NCBI GenBank assembly: GCA_964560855.1
Contig: CAZLLU010000001.1
Coordinates: 17,051 to 81,050, forward strand
Source: an uncultured Candidatus Peribacteria bacterium
Lineage (GTDB): Bacteria > Patescibacteriota > Gracilibacteria > Absconditabacterales > Absconditicoccaceae
Direction of reading: 5' to 3'
DNA: 64,000 bases
Part shown: piece by piece, positions 44,220 through 57,058 of the stretch
How positions within the stretch are numbered: the first letter of the stretch is position 1
Layout of the letters: every line of letters begins with the position of its first letter
Translations under genes and position numbers: made by a program
The notes under the pieces: generated by a model
What the model saw: the letters and a program-made list of their open reading frames with translations, nothing else
Told to the model about the DNA's origin: nothing
Databases searched by the model: none

Positions 44220-44891
44220 ATGATTCTCTATTATATTTTCATGACGATTATAAGTCTTGGTATGGTAGTGATTACGTATTTTGCACCAAATGCACTTTCG
44301 TTTCTCGGTAATGAAGTAAACGAAAAGTTCGCGAATATCGGTATGGCATTGCTTCGGATCACTTTGCTAGTAAAACCGATCTTTAGTATATTGATGAAAT
44401 ATTCAGAGCTTAAAACGCTTACCATAAGATGACTACGAGATTATCTCAAAACCATCAAATGAAGATCAGTAAAATGATTGGGAATGGTGGGTATAAGCTG
44501 TATATATTTTCTCGCTGGTATAGGAATGAAATGAAGAAGATTACTTGGTATCACTACATTCCTTGCAATATTCGCTCATGCAGGAATGCGAATCGCTACA
44601 CGGGTAAATACTAATTTTACACTACTTACTCAACTTCAGAAATTTTGGATTCTAGCTTGATATATCTGATTGCTTATGTTGTTTATTGGTTATATCACAT
44701 CAAATAATTATTCTATCAGACTTTTCAAAAAAAATTGGAAACTGATTCAATACAGTGCTTACCTCGCATTGATCTTTGCTATCCTTCATCTTCTATTCTT
44801 GAATTTTTGAGAATATTTTGGTCAATTGATTTTGCTAGCAATATATGTTGTATTGAAACTCATAGAAAAGAAAAAGATAAACTGGCTTTAA
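44220..44891 (+). CDS. Ferric-reductase-like transmembrane (MsrQ/YedZ-like) protein
   Basis: Polytopic, with conserved His contexts LAIFAHAGMR and FAILHLLF. ORF 44220-44432 continues through TGAs to a TAA at 44889-44891. Confidence 0.55.
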
Positions 44892-44910
44892 CATTGTTTA
44901 CATAAAATAT

Positions 44911-46131
44911 ATGAAAAATGTCAAATATTTTCTCAAATGAATTTCTAGGAATGTCCTTGTACTCTGATTAGTGAGCTTACTTAGTGATTTGAGTTCTCAG
45001 ATGGTATTTCCCTTGATACCATTGTTTCTTGCGAGCTTATGATCAGGTGCTACAATCATAGGAATGGTAGAGTGAGCTGCAGATACGACAGCTGCATTAT
45101 TGAAAGTGTTTTCGTGATATCTGTCAGATAAATTCAAGAAAAGGAAAATATTCGTTCTTATCGGATATGGTTTCTCTACAATCACAAAGCCATTATTTGC
45201 ATTAGCAAAGACGTGGCCTGCAGTACTGACCTTCAGAGTCGTTGAAAGGATCGGAAAATGACTGAGAGATGCACCAAGAGATGCGTTAGTTGCTGATTCC
45301 ACTGCACCAGAATACATGGGAAAGGCGTATGGTATCCAAAGAGCGATGGATGGAACCTGATCAGTGATATGAGCATTGATCACGTTGATATTGTTCCCGT
45401 ATTTATGATATCAGAATCTATTCCTTTTTGCTTTTCTTCCATGAGTAGTCGCTGTTGTTGCTATACTCTTTGTAAAAGAAGCAAAGACGATGAAAAGGCA
45501 TAATCATCGAAAGCATCTCAAGATACCAGAAAAAGTAGAGATACCATCATTACACACATCAATACAACTTTTACCAAAGAATCTTAAGTTGTTCATCCTT
45601 GTCTCAGCGCTTTTTGGACTAGTGAATTTCTGATATGCATTTTTATTGCTTAAAGCAAAGAGTGTCTGAGCTTCCGACGAATGAGCAATTATTTATTATG
45701 TGCTATTTTATGGTATATATACGCTTGTTTCTGCACCATTGGGAATGCTTTCTGATCGTATCGGAAGAAAAAAAATGTTATGGATTGCGTATAGTCTGTT
45801 TTTGGTAGTGACGTTATGATTAGCTTTTGTAACACAACTTTGACGAGTGATTTTTTTCTTTGTTTTGTTCGGATTTTTATTCGCTATCGTGGATGGAACA
45901 GAAAGAGCGCTTGTCGTAGATTTAGCAGGGAAATATAAATGAACAGCATTGGGAGTGTTTCATACTGCTATAGGAATCGTTTCTTTACCAGGATGATATA
46001 TTCTCTGATTACTCTGGGATAATATTTCCCCTCAGGCGACATTTCTCTTTGTGTTTGCTATCGGTGTGATTATTATGATCATGTTCAGATTTGTAAACAC
46101 AAAAAAACAAGAGATTACTAGTAATTCGTAA
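44911..46131 (+). CDS. MFS transporter
   Basis: MKNVKYFLK-G-ISRNVLVL-G-LVSLLSDLSS...SGYLSDKFKKRK...GMLSDRIGRKKM. About 12 TM segments. The antisense listed ORF 44997-45383 is a shadow of this gene. Confidence 0.8.
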
Positions 46132-46155
46132 TTTTTAATCCGTAATTGTCTATAA

Positions 46156-46476
46156 TGCTTATCAAAGTTATCGGCACATGATGCCCCAAATGTAAACTTC
46201 TCTCCAAGACAGTAGAAGATGCTGCAAAAAAATTGAATATTGATTATGAAATCGTCAAAATAGATGATGCAGCGGAAATAGCGGAATATGATATCATGGA
46301 ATTACCAGCGTTGATTATTGATGATGTGTTGGTAGAGTGATTTTCAGAGCCAGACGAAATGCTGGATATTTTACAAGAGATACAGAACCATCCTGGTGGA
46401 TGTTGCTGTGGCGATCATTGTGAACACGATCATGGTGATGACGATGAATGCAGCTGCGGATGATGTAATCATTAGA
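46156..46476 (+). CDS. Thioredoxin-fold protein (TM0996/MTH895-like) with Cys/His-rich C-terminal tail
   Basis: MLIKVIGT-G-CPKCKLL (CxxC), ELPALIIDD. Tail HPGGCCCGDHCEHDHGDDDECSCG-G-CNH. TAG stop at 46474-46476. Confidence 0.7.
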
Positions 46477-46612
46477 CGTCATTCCAGCGTCAAGAAGTTG
46501 CGGCCGGAATCTATATTTCTTTAATGTAGTATTGTAAAACGTAGGGGCGATTACTCGTCGCCTCATTTTTAAATTTTGAAAAAAGGCGGATACTATCCGC
46601 CCTTATAGTATA
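46477..46612. repeat. REP-like region with a second fragment resembling the RAYT relic
   Basis: ACGTAGGGGCGATTACTCGTCGCC resembles ATGTAGGGGACGCTCACGAGCGTCCC at 12675-12700. The palindrome GGCGGATACTATCCGCC lies at 46585-46601. Confidence 0.5.
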
Positions 46613-46625
46613 TTTTCCATAATTG

Positions 46626-48206
46626 TTAGTTGTTCGCTGGTAGTTCTTTTTTCTGGTAGATGATCGCAGGATTGAGATTTACTTCGAAATCTTCCAAATC
46701 AAAGACTAACTTGAACTGATGCCCGTCGGAAATTTTCGTGGAATCTATCTGGCTAAATTCTTCATTACCGAAGATCGCTTGAATTTTTTTGAATCCATTG
46801 ACCAAGATTGGTGCAGAGAACAATGCGATATTTTTGACTATGTACAGCAAGAATTGCAAGTCGGAAATTGCTTCATTCTTTGTCTCTTCGTTCTTGTATT
46901 TTGCTCGAGGCTCAGCTTTGGTGATATATTCATTCGCTTTCTGTACTAGTTGGTATCGGTCATCGAGATAAGATTTGATTTCTGCTTTTTTCAAATATTG
47001 CTCTTCTATTTTATTTCCATCCCGACCGTCCTCGAAGTAAGAAATGAGTTTGCTTTCGTTGTTCTCTTTGAATATCTCCCGTTTCTGCTTATTGAATTTA
47101 CCTGCTGTTATACCGTATTTCTTGCAAAGGCTTGTGACTCTGTTTACGAGATTCCCTCGTCCTCAGATCAGCATGCTTTCGTAGAGATGGCCCAATCTTT
47201 CCACAGAGAAATCGCCGTCAGCGCCGATAGGTACATCATACAATAAGTTGAATATTACTGCATCTCTATCGTAGTCATTCACGACTTGCACAGGATCGAT
47301 GACATTGCCGAGGGATTTACTCATCTTCTGTCCATCGACCGTAAAATATCAGGTGATGAATTCAGTGTTTGGTAATCTATACTCAACACTCATCAGCATT
47401 GCTGGCCGGAATATAGAATGGAATCTTGCAATGTCCTTTCCAAGGATATGGACGATCTGTGTATCATCAGATCGGAATCCTGCGTCTCTGCTTATCGTGA
47501 CATAATTGAATAATGCGTCGTATCGGACATAACTCACTTGCTTAGGGTCAAACGGCAACGGGATTCAGAATTTATTTGTTTCCCTAGAGACGGAAAAATC
47601 TTCCAGACCACTATTTACGAACGATTTCATTTCATTGAACCTATACTCAGGGATGAGAAAATTAGGATCATCGAGGTAGAATTTTTTGATTTTGTCTTCG
47701 TAGCTCTTGAGCCTAAAAAATCGATTTTTTTCTGTTATCAAATCTGGTTTTTTCAAATGATCAGGACAGACCATCTCACCGTCTTTTTCGATAAGATCTT
47801 TTTCGGTCTTGAATCATTCACAGCCAACACAATAGTATCCTTTATATTCTCCTTCGTAGATATCTCCATGATCATAAGATTTTTGGAGCATCTCCTGGAC
47901 GAGTTTCTTGTGATTTTCTTGGGTGGTTCTGATAAAATCCGTATAGGAAATCTGAAGATGCTGTCGGACTTCTTCCCGTTTTTTTCCCATTGCATTGAGA
48001 TATTCCATTATATCTCTGCCTTCCGCTTCGGCTTGCTGAACGATCTTTTGGCTATTTTCATCGTTCCCAGTAGAGAATTTAACATCATAGCCAAGCAATC
48101 TTTTGTACCTTGCATAGAAGTCAGCGATGAACGAGCTGTACGCATGTCCGATATGCGGATATCCGTTAGGGTAGTAGATCGGGGTAGTAATCAGAAATTT
48201 TTTCAT
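46626..48206 (-). CDS. metG: Methionine--tRNA ligase
   Basis: TTPIYYPNGYPHIGHAYS, zinc knuckle YYCVGCE-G-F...[16 protein letters not shown]. ORFs 47814-48206, 47565-47774, 47349-47558 and 46626-46994 share a frame. TAA stop. Confidence 0.95.
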
Positions 48207-48322
48207 TGCTTTTTATAAACATAAAAATTGATCCATGATCCATGATACAAGAACAGCTAAATAGTTCATGAATCTTGAATCTAGTATCTAGTATCTAACG
48301 AAAGTGGTAATGTTTTCAAGCC

Positions 48323-48952
48323 CTATGATTTTTTACACACCATAATATGTCCTATGATATTTCCTTGCTCGATGACTGGTACGAGATGAATATCAAAAAA
48401 GCAGTTGTTCGCAATCTTTTCCAAGTCTTGGATCCTATGATTGAAAAAATCTATTTTGAACTGATCTTTATTCTTTTTCCGGATGAATTCACGTCTCTGG
48501 ATGAAATGTCCGATGATCCGTACTCATCACGTTTTCAATATTCTGTAGACTTCATTGAATAATCATTCTACATCTTCGATGTGTTCCAGTACGAAAAAGC
48601 TGGTGGCGAGATCAAATGATTCGTCATCGAAGGGGAGTGGCTGTTCCAAATCACAAACGACTTTCTCTACTTTGCCAGCATTGTTGGGATGTCTGCTCAA
48701 AAGTTTTTCAGCGATATCACAGGCGACATATCTTTCAGGATTCAGGGGAGAGAGGTATTTGAACATTCTTCCGTCGCCAGCGCCAAGATCGATTAGTGAG
48801 ATCTTTTCCTGTCTGGGGAGGTATTTTACAAAAACACCTTTGTCAAAACTATCAAGGTGTTTGTGGTGTTGCCCGTATTGATCGGCTATGGTGTTGTAGC
48901 CAGTCTTCGGATCGTGGATGAGAATGTGTTTTTGGTTATAAGACAAACTCAA
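48323..48952 (-). CDS. Class I SAM-dependent methyltransferase
   Basis: LIDLGAGDGRM motif I, and FFVLEHIEDVE-G-LFNEVYRILKT-GG-V. TTG start at 48950-48952. TAG stop at 48323-48325. Confidence 0.75.
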
Positions 48953-48994
48953 TTGCTAATTGATTAAAGATGAATAATGAATGATGAATGATTT

Positions 48995-49045
48995 TGGTAT
49001 AGACCTGCTATGAACTATTTTGGTATAGACCTGCTATGAACTATT
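48995..49045. repeat. Tandem duplication (2 x 25 nt, period 26) carrying the GAACTATT half-site
   Basis: TGGTATAGACCTGCTATGAACTATT at 48995-49019 and again at 49021-49045. Confidence 0.9.
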
Positions 49046-49114
49046 GTAATACAACGATAGTTTATTTTAGCAATACCAGCATTATTCATTTTTCATTATT
49101 AATTATTCATTTGT

Positions 49115-49513
49115 TTAAAAGAATTTCTTCTCTTCATCGACTTTTTCTCTTGCTTTATTCAAGAACGGCTGCATTTTTTCTTCTATATTTGGACTAGGTT
49201 CTTGCAAAAATTTATTTAATTCTGAACTTTTTTCTGCGGCTCTCTTGATATGCACGTAATATTTACTCAATTCCGCTACGACATCATTGAGATCGTCATT
49301 TTTTTCCAAGAGTTCGGTCGTCTTTTGCTTCAATAACGCATTCTGCTGGACGTACTCATCAAGTTCACTACTGAGATATTCTACTTCTTTTCCAGCTTCT
49401 TTGAGATTGGATCTTAGTTGATTGACGGTGTCTTTGTGCTGATATCTGAGATAGAAAACGAAGTATCACAAGAGTCCTCCTGCTATGGCTGCTAAAATGA
49501 TATATCACGTCAT
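49115..49513 (-). CDS. Membrane-anchored coiled-coil protein (132 aa)
   Basis: MT-G-YIILAAIAGGLL-G-YFVFYL TM segment followed by a heptad-like helical region. TAA stop at 49115-49117. Confidence 0.55.
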
Positions 49514-49593
49514 GATTTTTAATGTAGAATGTAAAATTCAGAATTCAGAAACATAACACACAATATATAGCAGTTTAGAAGAAGAAATCAAAT

Positions 49594-49620
49594 GAAAAAA
49601 CCCGCCGAAGCGGGCTTTTT
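49594..49620 (-). terminator. Rho-independent terminator downstream of the HU gene
   Basis: AAAAAACCCGCCGAAGCGGGCTTTTT. Confidence 0.75.
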
Positions 49621-49644
49621 ACAGCGCTGTAATATGGTATGAAA

Positions 49645-49920
49645 TTACTTAACAGCAGCCTTGAATTCAGATCCAGCCTTGAAAGTAACTACCTTCATTG
49701 CAGGGATGTTGATTGTTTGAGAAGGATTTTGTGGGTTAACACCTTTTCTAGCTTTTCTTTTTGAAGCCTTGAAAGTTCCGAATCCTTGAACTCTAACTTC
49801 TCCTGATTTCTTAACACCACCGATAACAGTTTCGATGAAAGCGTTAACTAATTCAGAAGCTAACTTCTTAGAAACACCTAATTGTTCTGCTAGGCTAGCA
49901 ATAAGAGCTGTCTTTGTCAT
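49645..49920 (-). CDS. HU-family DNA-binding protein
   Basis: Uninterrupted 91 aa. MTKTALIASLAEQLGVSKK...GFGTFKASKRKARKGVNPQNPSQTINIPAMKVVTFKAG. Confidence 0.95.
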   Translation of the reverse strand: MTKTALIASLAEQLGVSKKLASELVNAFIETVIGGVKKSGEVRVQGFGTFKASKRKARKGVNPQNPSQTINIPAMKVVTFKAGSEFKAAVK

Positions 49921-50200
49921 TTGTACAAATAATTACTAAATAAAAAGTACTGTGTACAGCAATGATATTAGCATAGAGGAACTGTATTTCAAGAGATTTT
50001 GGCAGGAAAACCGGTTATATCGGCGAATACATACTTATTAGTTCTCACCTAGGATTTCTCGTAATTTACGGTTGTATTCGGGGATTTGGGATTGACATTT
50101 TGGTAAATATATACGTTAAAAAATAGAAGAGAGATGGGAAAAGCCACACGAGATGCGGGGCTATAAACTGGGGTCAAAAAATTTACTACTATATATAGTA

Positions 50201-50767
50201 CTAAGAGAAGCTTTCCAATAATTTTTTCAATTGCTTGATAGCTCTCGATAATCTTTGTCTAACTACCTCATTGGAAAGTCAGGTGAGAAGTGTGATTTCT
50301 TCGTTTGTTTTTTCTTCTATAAATCTGAAATAGATCATATCCTTGCTGATATCGTCAAGTCTCTTCATCGCATTCTGTATCTGATTGAACTTGAAATCGT
50401 GCTCGAGAAGCTGTGTTAAGTCGGTTCCGTCTGCAAGTGTATCTTCGAATTGTTCTCATTCTTCATTGATCTGGAGATCCGTGAATGGTGTGTCAGAATT
50501 TTTTTTGAAGAAATCTTTGATCGTATTTTTGAAGATCGTCCGGAAGTAGACAGTAAACGATTGATCTTCCTTGAAGGATTTTACACCTTCCCGAAATTTT
50601 ACATAGAAATCGGAGATGATATCTTCAGCATCCGCTTTGGGTATGAAATAGTTAGCGTTGATGTAACGGAAAAACATATCGACCGTTTGTACATAGAATT
50701 GATTGAATGCATTCTGGTCTTGATTTTTGAGTTTCTTGATGTTTTCTGGATCGAATGTAATAGCCAT
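50201..50767 (-). CDS. Sigma-70 family (ECF-type) RNA polymerase sigma factor
   Basis: The region-2-like N-terminus (FNQFYVQTVDMFFRYI) and the region-4 HTH (EEITLLT-G-LSNEVVRQRLSRAIKQL) are joined by the TGA at 50456-50458. TAG stop at 50201-50203. Confidence 0.7.
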
Positions 50768-50797
50768 ATTCCCTATAAAATAAACATAATTATATTT

Positions 50798-52078
50798 CTA
50801 TTTTTTCATTATTCCTATCAGTGTTTCTTTCGCTTTTTCCAATTGATTGTCTGTGGTATTTTCGAGATAAGCGTCTGCATCAAATTCTACGACGACATCA
50901 GGAGTGATTCATGTGGTATCGATATTCGTTCCGTTAGGCGCATATCGTTTGCCTACCGTGAATTTGAGTGAAGCACCGTTGTCAAAATCTTTCATAGTCT
51001 GTATAGATCATTTTCCGAAGCTTTGGGTACCTACTAGCGTAGCTCAGATCTGCTGCTGCAATGCTAGTGCGATGATCTCTCCTGCTGATGCGGTTAATCA
51101 ATCAATAAGTACTACAACAGGCATATCAGAGAAATCGTTATATCCCAATGAAGTCATTTTTTCGTCTTCGAACGTGGTGTATTTCGCACTTACGACCATT
51201 TCACCTTTTGGTATGAAATGCGAAGCTACTTCGACCGCTATCGGCAGAAGCCCTCAACCATTACCTCTAAGATCGAGGATGACACCTTTAATATCTTGTT
51301 GTTTGAGCTCGCTGATGGAATTTTTGAGGAGATTCTCGGTCTCTTCACCGATGATGGAAATGTTGATATATCCAATCTTTTTGCCGTTTGAACCAGTGAT
51401 GATCTTGCTGCTGACAGAAGGTATAATAAGCGTATCTCTCATTATCTCTTTTTCGATGATCTCTTTCTCTCCGCTTTTGTGAACTCTTTCGATAGTGATC
51501 TTTACAGTAGTTCACTTAGGTCATCTGATTTGCGCTACAGCTTGATTCACATCCAAACTCTTTGTGGATCCTGTATTGATCATGACAATTCTATCGAGAA
51601 TCAGGAGTCCGGCCTTGAAAGCAGGGGAGCCTTTGATGATTTCATCTATCTGTATATAGTAGTCCTTTTTGCTGATGACAGCGCCGATGCCCTCAAATTC
51701 TGATTCTCCTTTGAGCTCCTCTTGAAATCATGAATTCTGCTCGCTATCTAGATATACCGTATAAGGATCTTCGATAGCATCTACATATGCCTTGATAGCA
51801 TTGTCGAGCATTTTCCCAGTATTGAGCTTATCAGTATCGTAATAGGCAGTCTGGAGAATGTCGTAGACGGTATCAAAACGTTCATACGTCTTGTTAGTCA
51901 ATCCGAGCTCGTCGGCGTTTACGACGTTCTTTATCGATGCGATCAATCCGTTGAGATTAAGCTTCCCTTCTTGGATGATAGGCTGGCGGAGCGATTGCCG
52001 TTCGTGGCCAATCTGCCGTGCAAAACCTCAGAGTAGTATTCAGAGTATAAATAGTATAAGCACTTTAGTTTTTTTCAT
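50798..52078 (-). CDS. Carboxyl-terminal processing protease (S41)
   Basis: Signal-like N-terminus, PDZ region, GVILDLRGNG-G-GLL, and LID-G-LTASAGEI (Ser nucleophile context). The frame was checked from 52078 to the TAG at 50798-50800. Confidence 0.85.
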
Positions 52079-52100
52079 ATTTTTGATGTACAAATAAATT

Positions 52101-52442
52101 TTACGTATTGGTTACGTTCTCATAGATTTCTACTATAGAATTATGTTTAACAAATACAACATCAAGTACATAGGGCTTATCTGTAGAGTGTTTGAAGAGA
52201 TATTGCTCTATGGTTTTTTTGACGGTTCCGAGTTTCTTGGGGGTAATGTAGTCGAAGAAATCATCCATATGATCTACAACCTTCACTTCCACGAAGGTCA
52301 GAAATTCATCATTTTCGAAAATTAAATCCAATTCTCATCAGTGGATTGTATATTTATGATGGAGCAAGGTATGTCATTTATTTTTATAGTGTTCGGCTAC
52401 CAAAAGTTCTCCTTCATCGCCTTTGTCTTTATTATCCCTCAT
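52101..52442 (-). CDS. YraN-family (UPF0102) endonuclease-like protein
   Basis: GDEGELLVAEHYKNK-G-HTLL...ELDLIFENDEFLTFVEVKV. TAA stop at 52101-52103. Confidence 0.75.
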
Positions 52443-52447
52443 GGTTG

Positions 52448-53029
52448 TTATTTACTATATAATTCTATCGCTTTGTCTCGGTTGATGCATTTTCGGATAT
52501 TTTGTACATATTCAGGTCTGCGGTTTTGATAGTTCAAATAGTACGCATGTTCCCGGACGTCTATAGTGATCAATGGTTGTTTTCCCATAGTGAGCGGACA
52601 TCCAGCATTACTGGTATTTATGATTTCTATGCTTCCATCAGGATTTTTTACTAATCGAGTCCATCCAGAACCGAAATTGCCCACAGCACTTGCCGTCATT
52701 GTCTCTTGAAATGCAAGGAATGTTCATCGTTTGGCTACGATAGCATCATACAATGCTCATCTCGGCTCGCGATTTTCTTGCGGGATAGTCAATCCATTTC
52801 GGTAAAAGGTATGATTCCGAAGCTGAGCAGCATTGTTGAAAATAGGCCCTTCAGCAGTTGTTATGATTTCTTCCAATGGTTTACCGTCAAACGGTGTTCC
52901 ACTAATTAGTTCATTCAGCTTGTTTACATATCCCTGATGATGCTTTCCGTAATGAATTTCTACGGTGTTTTTACCGATTACAGGCTCTAGAGCATGCATT
53001 TCATAGGGGAGAGGCGATAATTGAAACAT
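52448..53029 (-). CDS. Fe/Mn superoxide dismutase
   Basis: LPYEMHALEPVIGKNTVEIHYGKHHQGYV, and LITIDVREHAYYLNYQNRRPEYV (the DxWEHAYY region). ORFs 52757-53029 and 52448-52699 share a frame. Confidence 0.9.
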
Positions 53030-53030
53030 A

Positions 53031-53095
53031 ATTACGAATTACGAATTAAAAATTACGAATTACGAATTAAAAATTACGAATTACGAATTACGAAT
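53031..53095. repeat. Tandem ATTACGAA-word repeat (about three 21-nt units)
   Basis: ATTACGAATTACGAATTAAAA ATTACGAATTACGAATTAAAA ATTACGAATTACGAATTACGAAT. Confidence 0.9.
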
Positions 53096-53169
53096 ACAAC
53101 AACTTTAATGTTTTCACTAACATGAATTGTAGTAGTTAGACTATTGTTTTCAAGTAAAAAACAGAAAGA

Positions 53170-54381
53170 TTATTCATATCTTAATGCTTCTATCGGTTTT
53201 AACTTAGAGGCATTGTTTGCAGGAAGTATTCAAAAAACTATACCGATAGTTACGGCTGAAAAGAAAGCTAAAACAACAGCATTCAATGAAATAATGGCGG
53301 TGGTAAGGAATTTATTTATAAAGAAAACTACCAAAAAACTAAGGAGAATTCAAATAATACCTCACATAACACTCATTAATACAGATTCTGTAAGAAATTG
53401 GAGCCTAATATCTTTGTTTTTAGCTCAGATTGCTTTACGTATACCTATTTCTTTGATTCTTTCTGTTACAGATACCAACATAATGTTCATGACCCCTATG
53501 CCTCATACAAGAAGAGATATAGCTGCTATACCAGCGAGAAATGTGGTCATGATGCCAGTTATATCACTCATAGCTTCTATCATTTCGCTTTGGCTTTGTA
53601 CCGTGAAAGTTGCATTATCTGTAGGACTGAGTCATAGATATGATTTAATCCCTTCTTCTAATTCTATTTTTGTATCTTCTATGGTATCAGGATTTTGAGC
53701 AGATATCAATATAGTAGAATAATTATGCGTTCAGAAAAGTCTAGTAGCGGCTGTAGTGATAGGAACGAAAATAGCGTCATTGGAATTTGTATTGTCGTCA
53801 AGAACTCAGATTACAGTCATGATCAGATTTCCTATCTGTAGATCTTCTCATATAGGATTTGTTGCAAATACTCACGATCAAAAGATATCTTCAGCGATAT
53901 TATGTCATAATACAGCAACTTTAGCATAATTATCTATATCTTCATTAATGAAAAATGATCCATCAACGATTTCAAGATTTCTTACTGTTAGATAATCTAG
54001 AGTTACTCAGTTTACTGTGGTATTGGTAGTATAATCATTGCGATTAACCACACTTCTGTTACTGATAGTTGGTGCTATGGATTTGATATTAGATATATTT
54101 GCTTCTATATAGGCTATACTATCTTCATCAAGGGTAGCGGACTCAGAAGATGATGGATTTGAACGTATATTTCTATTGTTTCATCCAGGGGATACGCTGA
54201 GAAGATTTGTACCCAAAGATTGAATCTGGTTTATTATGCTTTGTTTTGCTCCATTTCCAATAGCAAGCATTACTACGACAGAAAACACTCAGATAATGAT
54301 TCATAACATACTGAGTCAGGTTCTGAGCTTGTTTCTTCATAGGTCAGTCTTTGCATTGAAAAAGTGTTCTTTGATATTCAT
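53170..54381 (-). CDS. ABC transporter permease (FtsX/MacB family)
   Basis: The whole frame was checked and contains only [25 protein letters not shown], and [30 protein letters not shown]. The antisense listed ORF 53144-53698 is a shadow. Confidence 0.85.
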
Positions 54382-54396
54382 AAGAGAGGTAATGAA

Positions 54397-55083
54397 TTAA
54401 ACGAGATGTATATTGTCTATAAATAGTCAGTCCTTGAGATAGAGGTGTTTTTTTGCATACAGGGCGATTCCCTTTTCGTGAGTAATAAGAACAATTGTTT
54501 TTCCTTCATTATGAAGAGATGTAATTATCTCCATGATTTCATTCCCTGTTTTTGAATCTAATGCTCAAGTAGGTTCATCAGCCATGATAATAGAAGGATT
54601 TATGACAAGCGCTCTTGCAATAGCTACTCTTTGTTGTTCTCATCCAGACATTTCATTGGGTTTATTGTTGATCCTATGGCCTAATCCAACTTTTTCCAGT
54701 GCCTTGATCGCTCTTTCTTTTCTTTCTTGATTAGGTATTCATTGATAGGATAGTGGTAACATGACTTGTTCCAATGCTGATTTTCTTGGTATAAGGTTGT
54801 AAGTTTGGAAAATGAATCCTATTTTTTGTCAACGGATTTCAGCGTGCTCGTCACTACTGAGGTGAGAGACATCTGTATCTTCGAATAGGTATGTTCATGT
54901 AGTCGTTGTATCCAATAATCAAATAATGTTCATCAGGGTGGATTTTCCGCTTCAAGAATGCCCCATAATACTAACAAATTCTCATTTTTCGATTTCGAGA
55001 TCGATTCATTTGAGCACATTAACAGTAGTAGTTTCTCCCAGATGATAGTCTTTTATTATACGATGTAATTTGATAAGCGTCAT
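54397..55083 (-). CDS. ABC transporter ATP-binding protein (MacB/LolD-like)
   Basis: GHS-G-SGKSTL Walker A, LS-GG-EQQRVAIARAL signature, IIMADEPT-G-ALD Walker B. The whole frame was checked. Confidence 0.9.
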
Positions 55084-55113
55084 AATAATAATAAAGATAA
55101 AACATGTAGAAGA

Positions 55114-57027
55114 TTATCTTGGCATCATTCATCATCACATTCAACCTCACATTCAACCTCACATTCATCACATTGATCATCACATAAAATTAGAGTTAAC
55201 AGGAGTATTTGTTGATGTATTTGTAGTGACTTTCTTGATGATCTGTCATATGGACAATCAAGCTATAATTTCTGTCATAGTTCCATCAGTAGACCCAATA
55301 GTGATTTCTATTTGATGATCCTTTTCATCTAAAACAATTTTTCTATCTCATATCGTTTGGATAAATGTAGTTGGTATAGAAACTACATTTTCTTTGTTGC
55401 TTACGATGATTTTTACTGTAGCAGTCATTCATGAATAGATGATTTTATCTTCCTTATCTATGGCTACTTTTACTGTATAGGAAGTAACTCAATTGGATAC
55501 TACAGGAGTGGAATCTACCTCTCACAGCACTCAATTGAAGGTGATTCACGGATAAGCATCCATAGTGACTTCAACATCCATTCATGCAGTAACATTTACG
55601 ACATCAATCTGATCAAGAGTTATACTGATTTCTATAAGATTAGGATTCTCTAAATAAACATATTTATCTTCTGATGATGTAAGTTTGTCTCCTACTTTAA
55701 AATCTATTTTTCTTATTATTCCATCAAAAGGAGCTTCTATCCTAAGATTATCCAAATCTTTTTTTGTCTGTTCAAGAGAAAGTTCTTTTTGTCTAATATT
55801 ATTCTGAGCAATAAGAAGTTGTTGTTCTGTTGTTCAATTCTTTGTAGTTTCTAATGTGTTTTCTTGAATAGCTATAGTGCTTTCTAAATTCATAACTTCA
55901 GCGGCTTTGGATGCAAGTGTGGTAGCATTGTTAGCAGTGTTTGAAAGACTGTTAATCTGATTTCTCGTGGTCAAAATATTTGCAGAAGTATTTTTTGTTC
56001 CCTCTACATAATTAGAGAGAGTTGTTTTGTAGGTAGAAAGAGAATTTAATGTATTGGGTGAGTCATTATAAATATCGTTTACCGTAGAGTATGCGTTTAT
56101 CGTAGCAGCATAGAGGGCGTTGTAAAAATTCCTTGCATAATCTAGTCCTTCTAGAACCTCTTTCCTTGTAGCTCAAGAAAACGAGATTCAATCGTTACAG
56201 AAACTATCAAAATTATCTAATCTCGCATATGTGGTGATAATTGATTCATCAGTAGTATTTTTTCCTTGAGGATTATAATCTTCTATGATTTGTCTAAACC
56301 ATGCGGTATCATTAGTGTAGGAAAGATATTTATCGCTGCTTCAGAAAAGTTTATCCAATGCATCAAGAAGTTGTCATCATTCTATAAGGTAGTTTTGTAT
56401 ATCCAATTTAGTTTTTTCAAGTGTAGTTACGGTGTCATTAATAGTATTTGATGAATATTTTTGATCTTCCAACATTGCTTCGTATTCTTGTTTGGCGATC
56501 GCTAGTTTTACTTTTGATTGCTCGAGATTGTTTTCTGCTTGGAGTATTTGTGCTTCTCTGTTGTCGCCATTGAGTGTTTCATCAAGTTGTAATTTTGCAT
56601 TTTGAAGATTTATTTCGGATTGGATAATATTGTTTTCTACAGAAGTTTTGTCCAATTCTGCGATAATATCTCATTTTTTTACTGCATCTCAATTTTTGAA
56701 ATATACAGCTGTTACTTCACCCTGTTGGTTGAAACGTAGCTGTTGCTCATCTACTAATTCTGCACTTCAATAAGATTTTATACTATTAATAATTGTTCAA
56801 CTACTTACTACATAGGTAGTAACATTTTCTCTTATCTCTTCTTTTCATCAAATATTGAAGATAAATCCACTTCATACACCTAGGATTGCTCCTATTATGA
56901 AATATTTCTTGATGAAATGAAAAATCATAAATGTCTTGACCTTATTGTAGTGAGGATGTGACTCTATATATTTCTTTGCTTTAGCGTAGTTTTTTACACT
57001 TGCTTCTTTTATATTATTGAGCTTCAT
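55114..57027 (-). CDS. Efflux periplasmic adaptor (MacA/HlyD family) with C-terminal (M-G-G)n tail, 637 aa
   Basis: The whole frame was checked from 57027 to the TAA at 55114-55116. N-terminal TM segment, long coiled-coil, and beta-barrel region (IEAPFDGIIRKIDFKVGD). The tail reads NFMGGSMGGMGGGMGGGMGGGMMPR, with 13 Gly encoded by TGA. Confidence 0.8.
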
Positions 57028-57058
57028 TTGATTCTATGTCGGATAAGAAAATAAAAGA

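Noticed and set aside
48995-49045. Tandem and direct repeats (48995-49045, 44105-44152, 53031-53095) as possible CRISPR arrays
   Set aside because: The repeat copies abut each other with no unique spacers, there are only 2-3 units, and there are no cas genes in the window.
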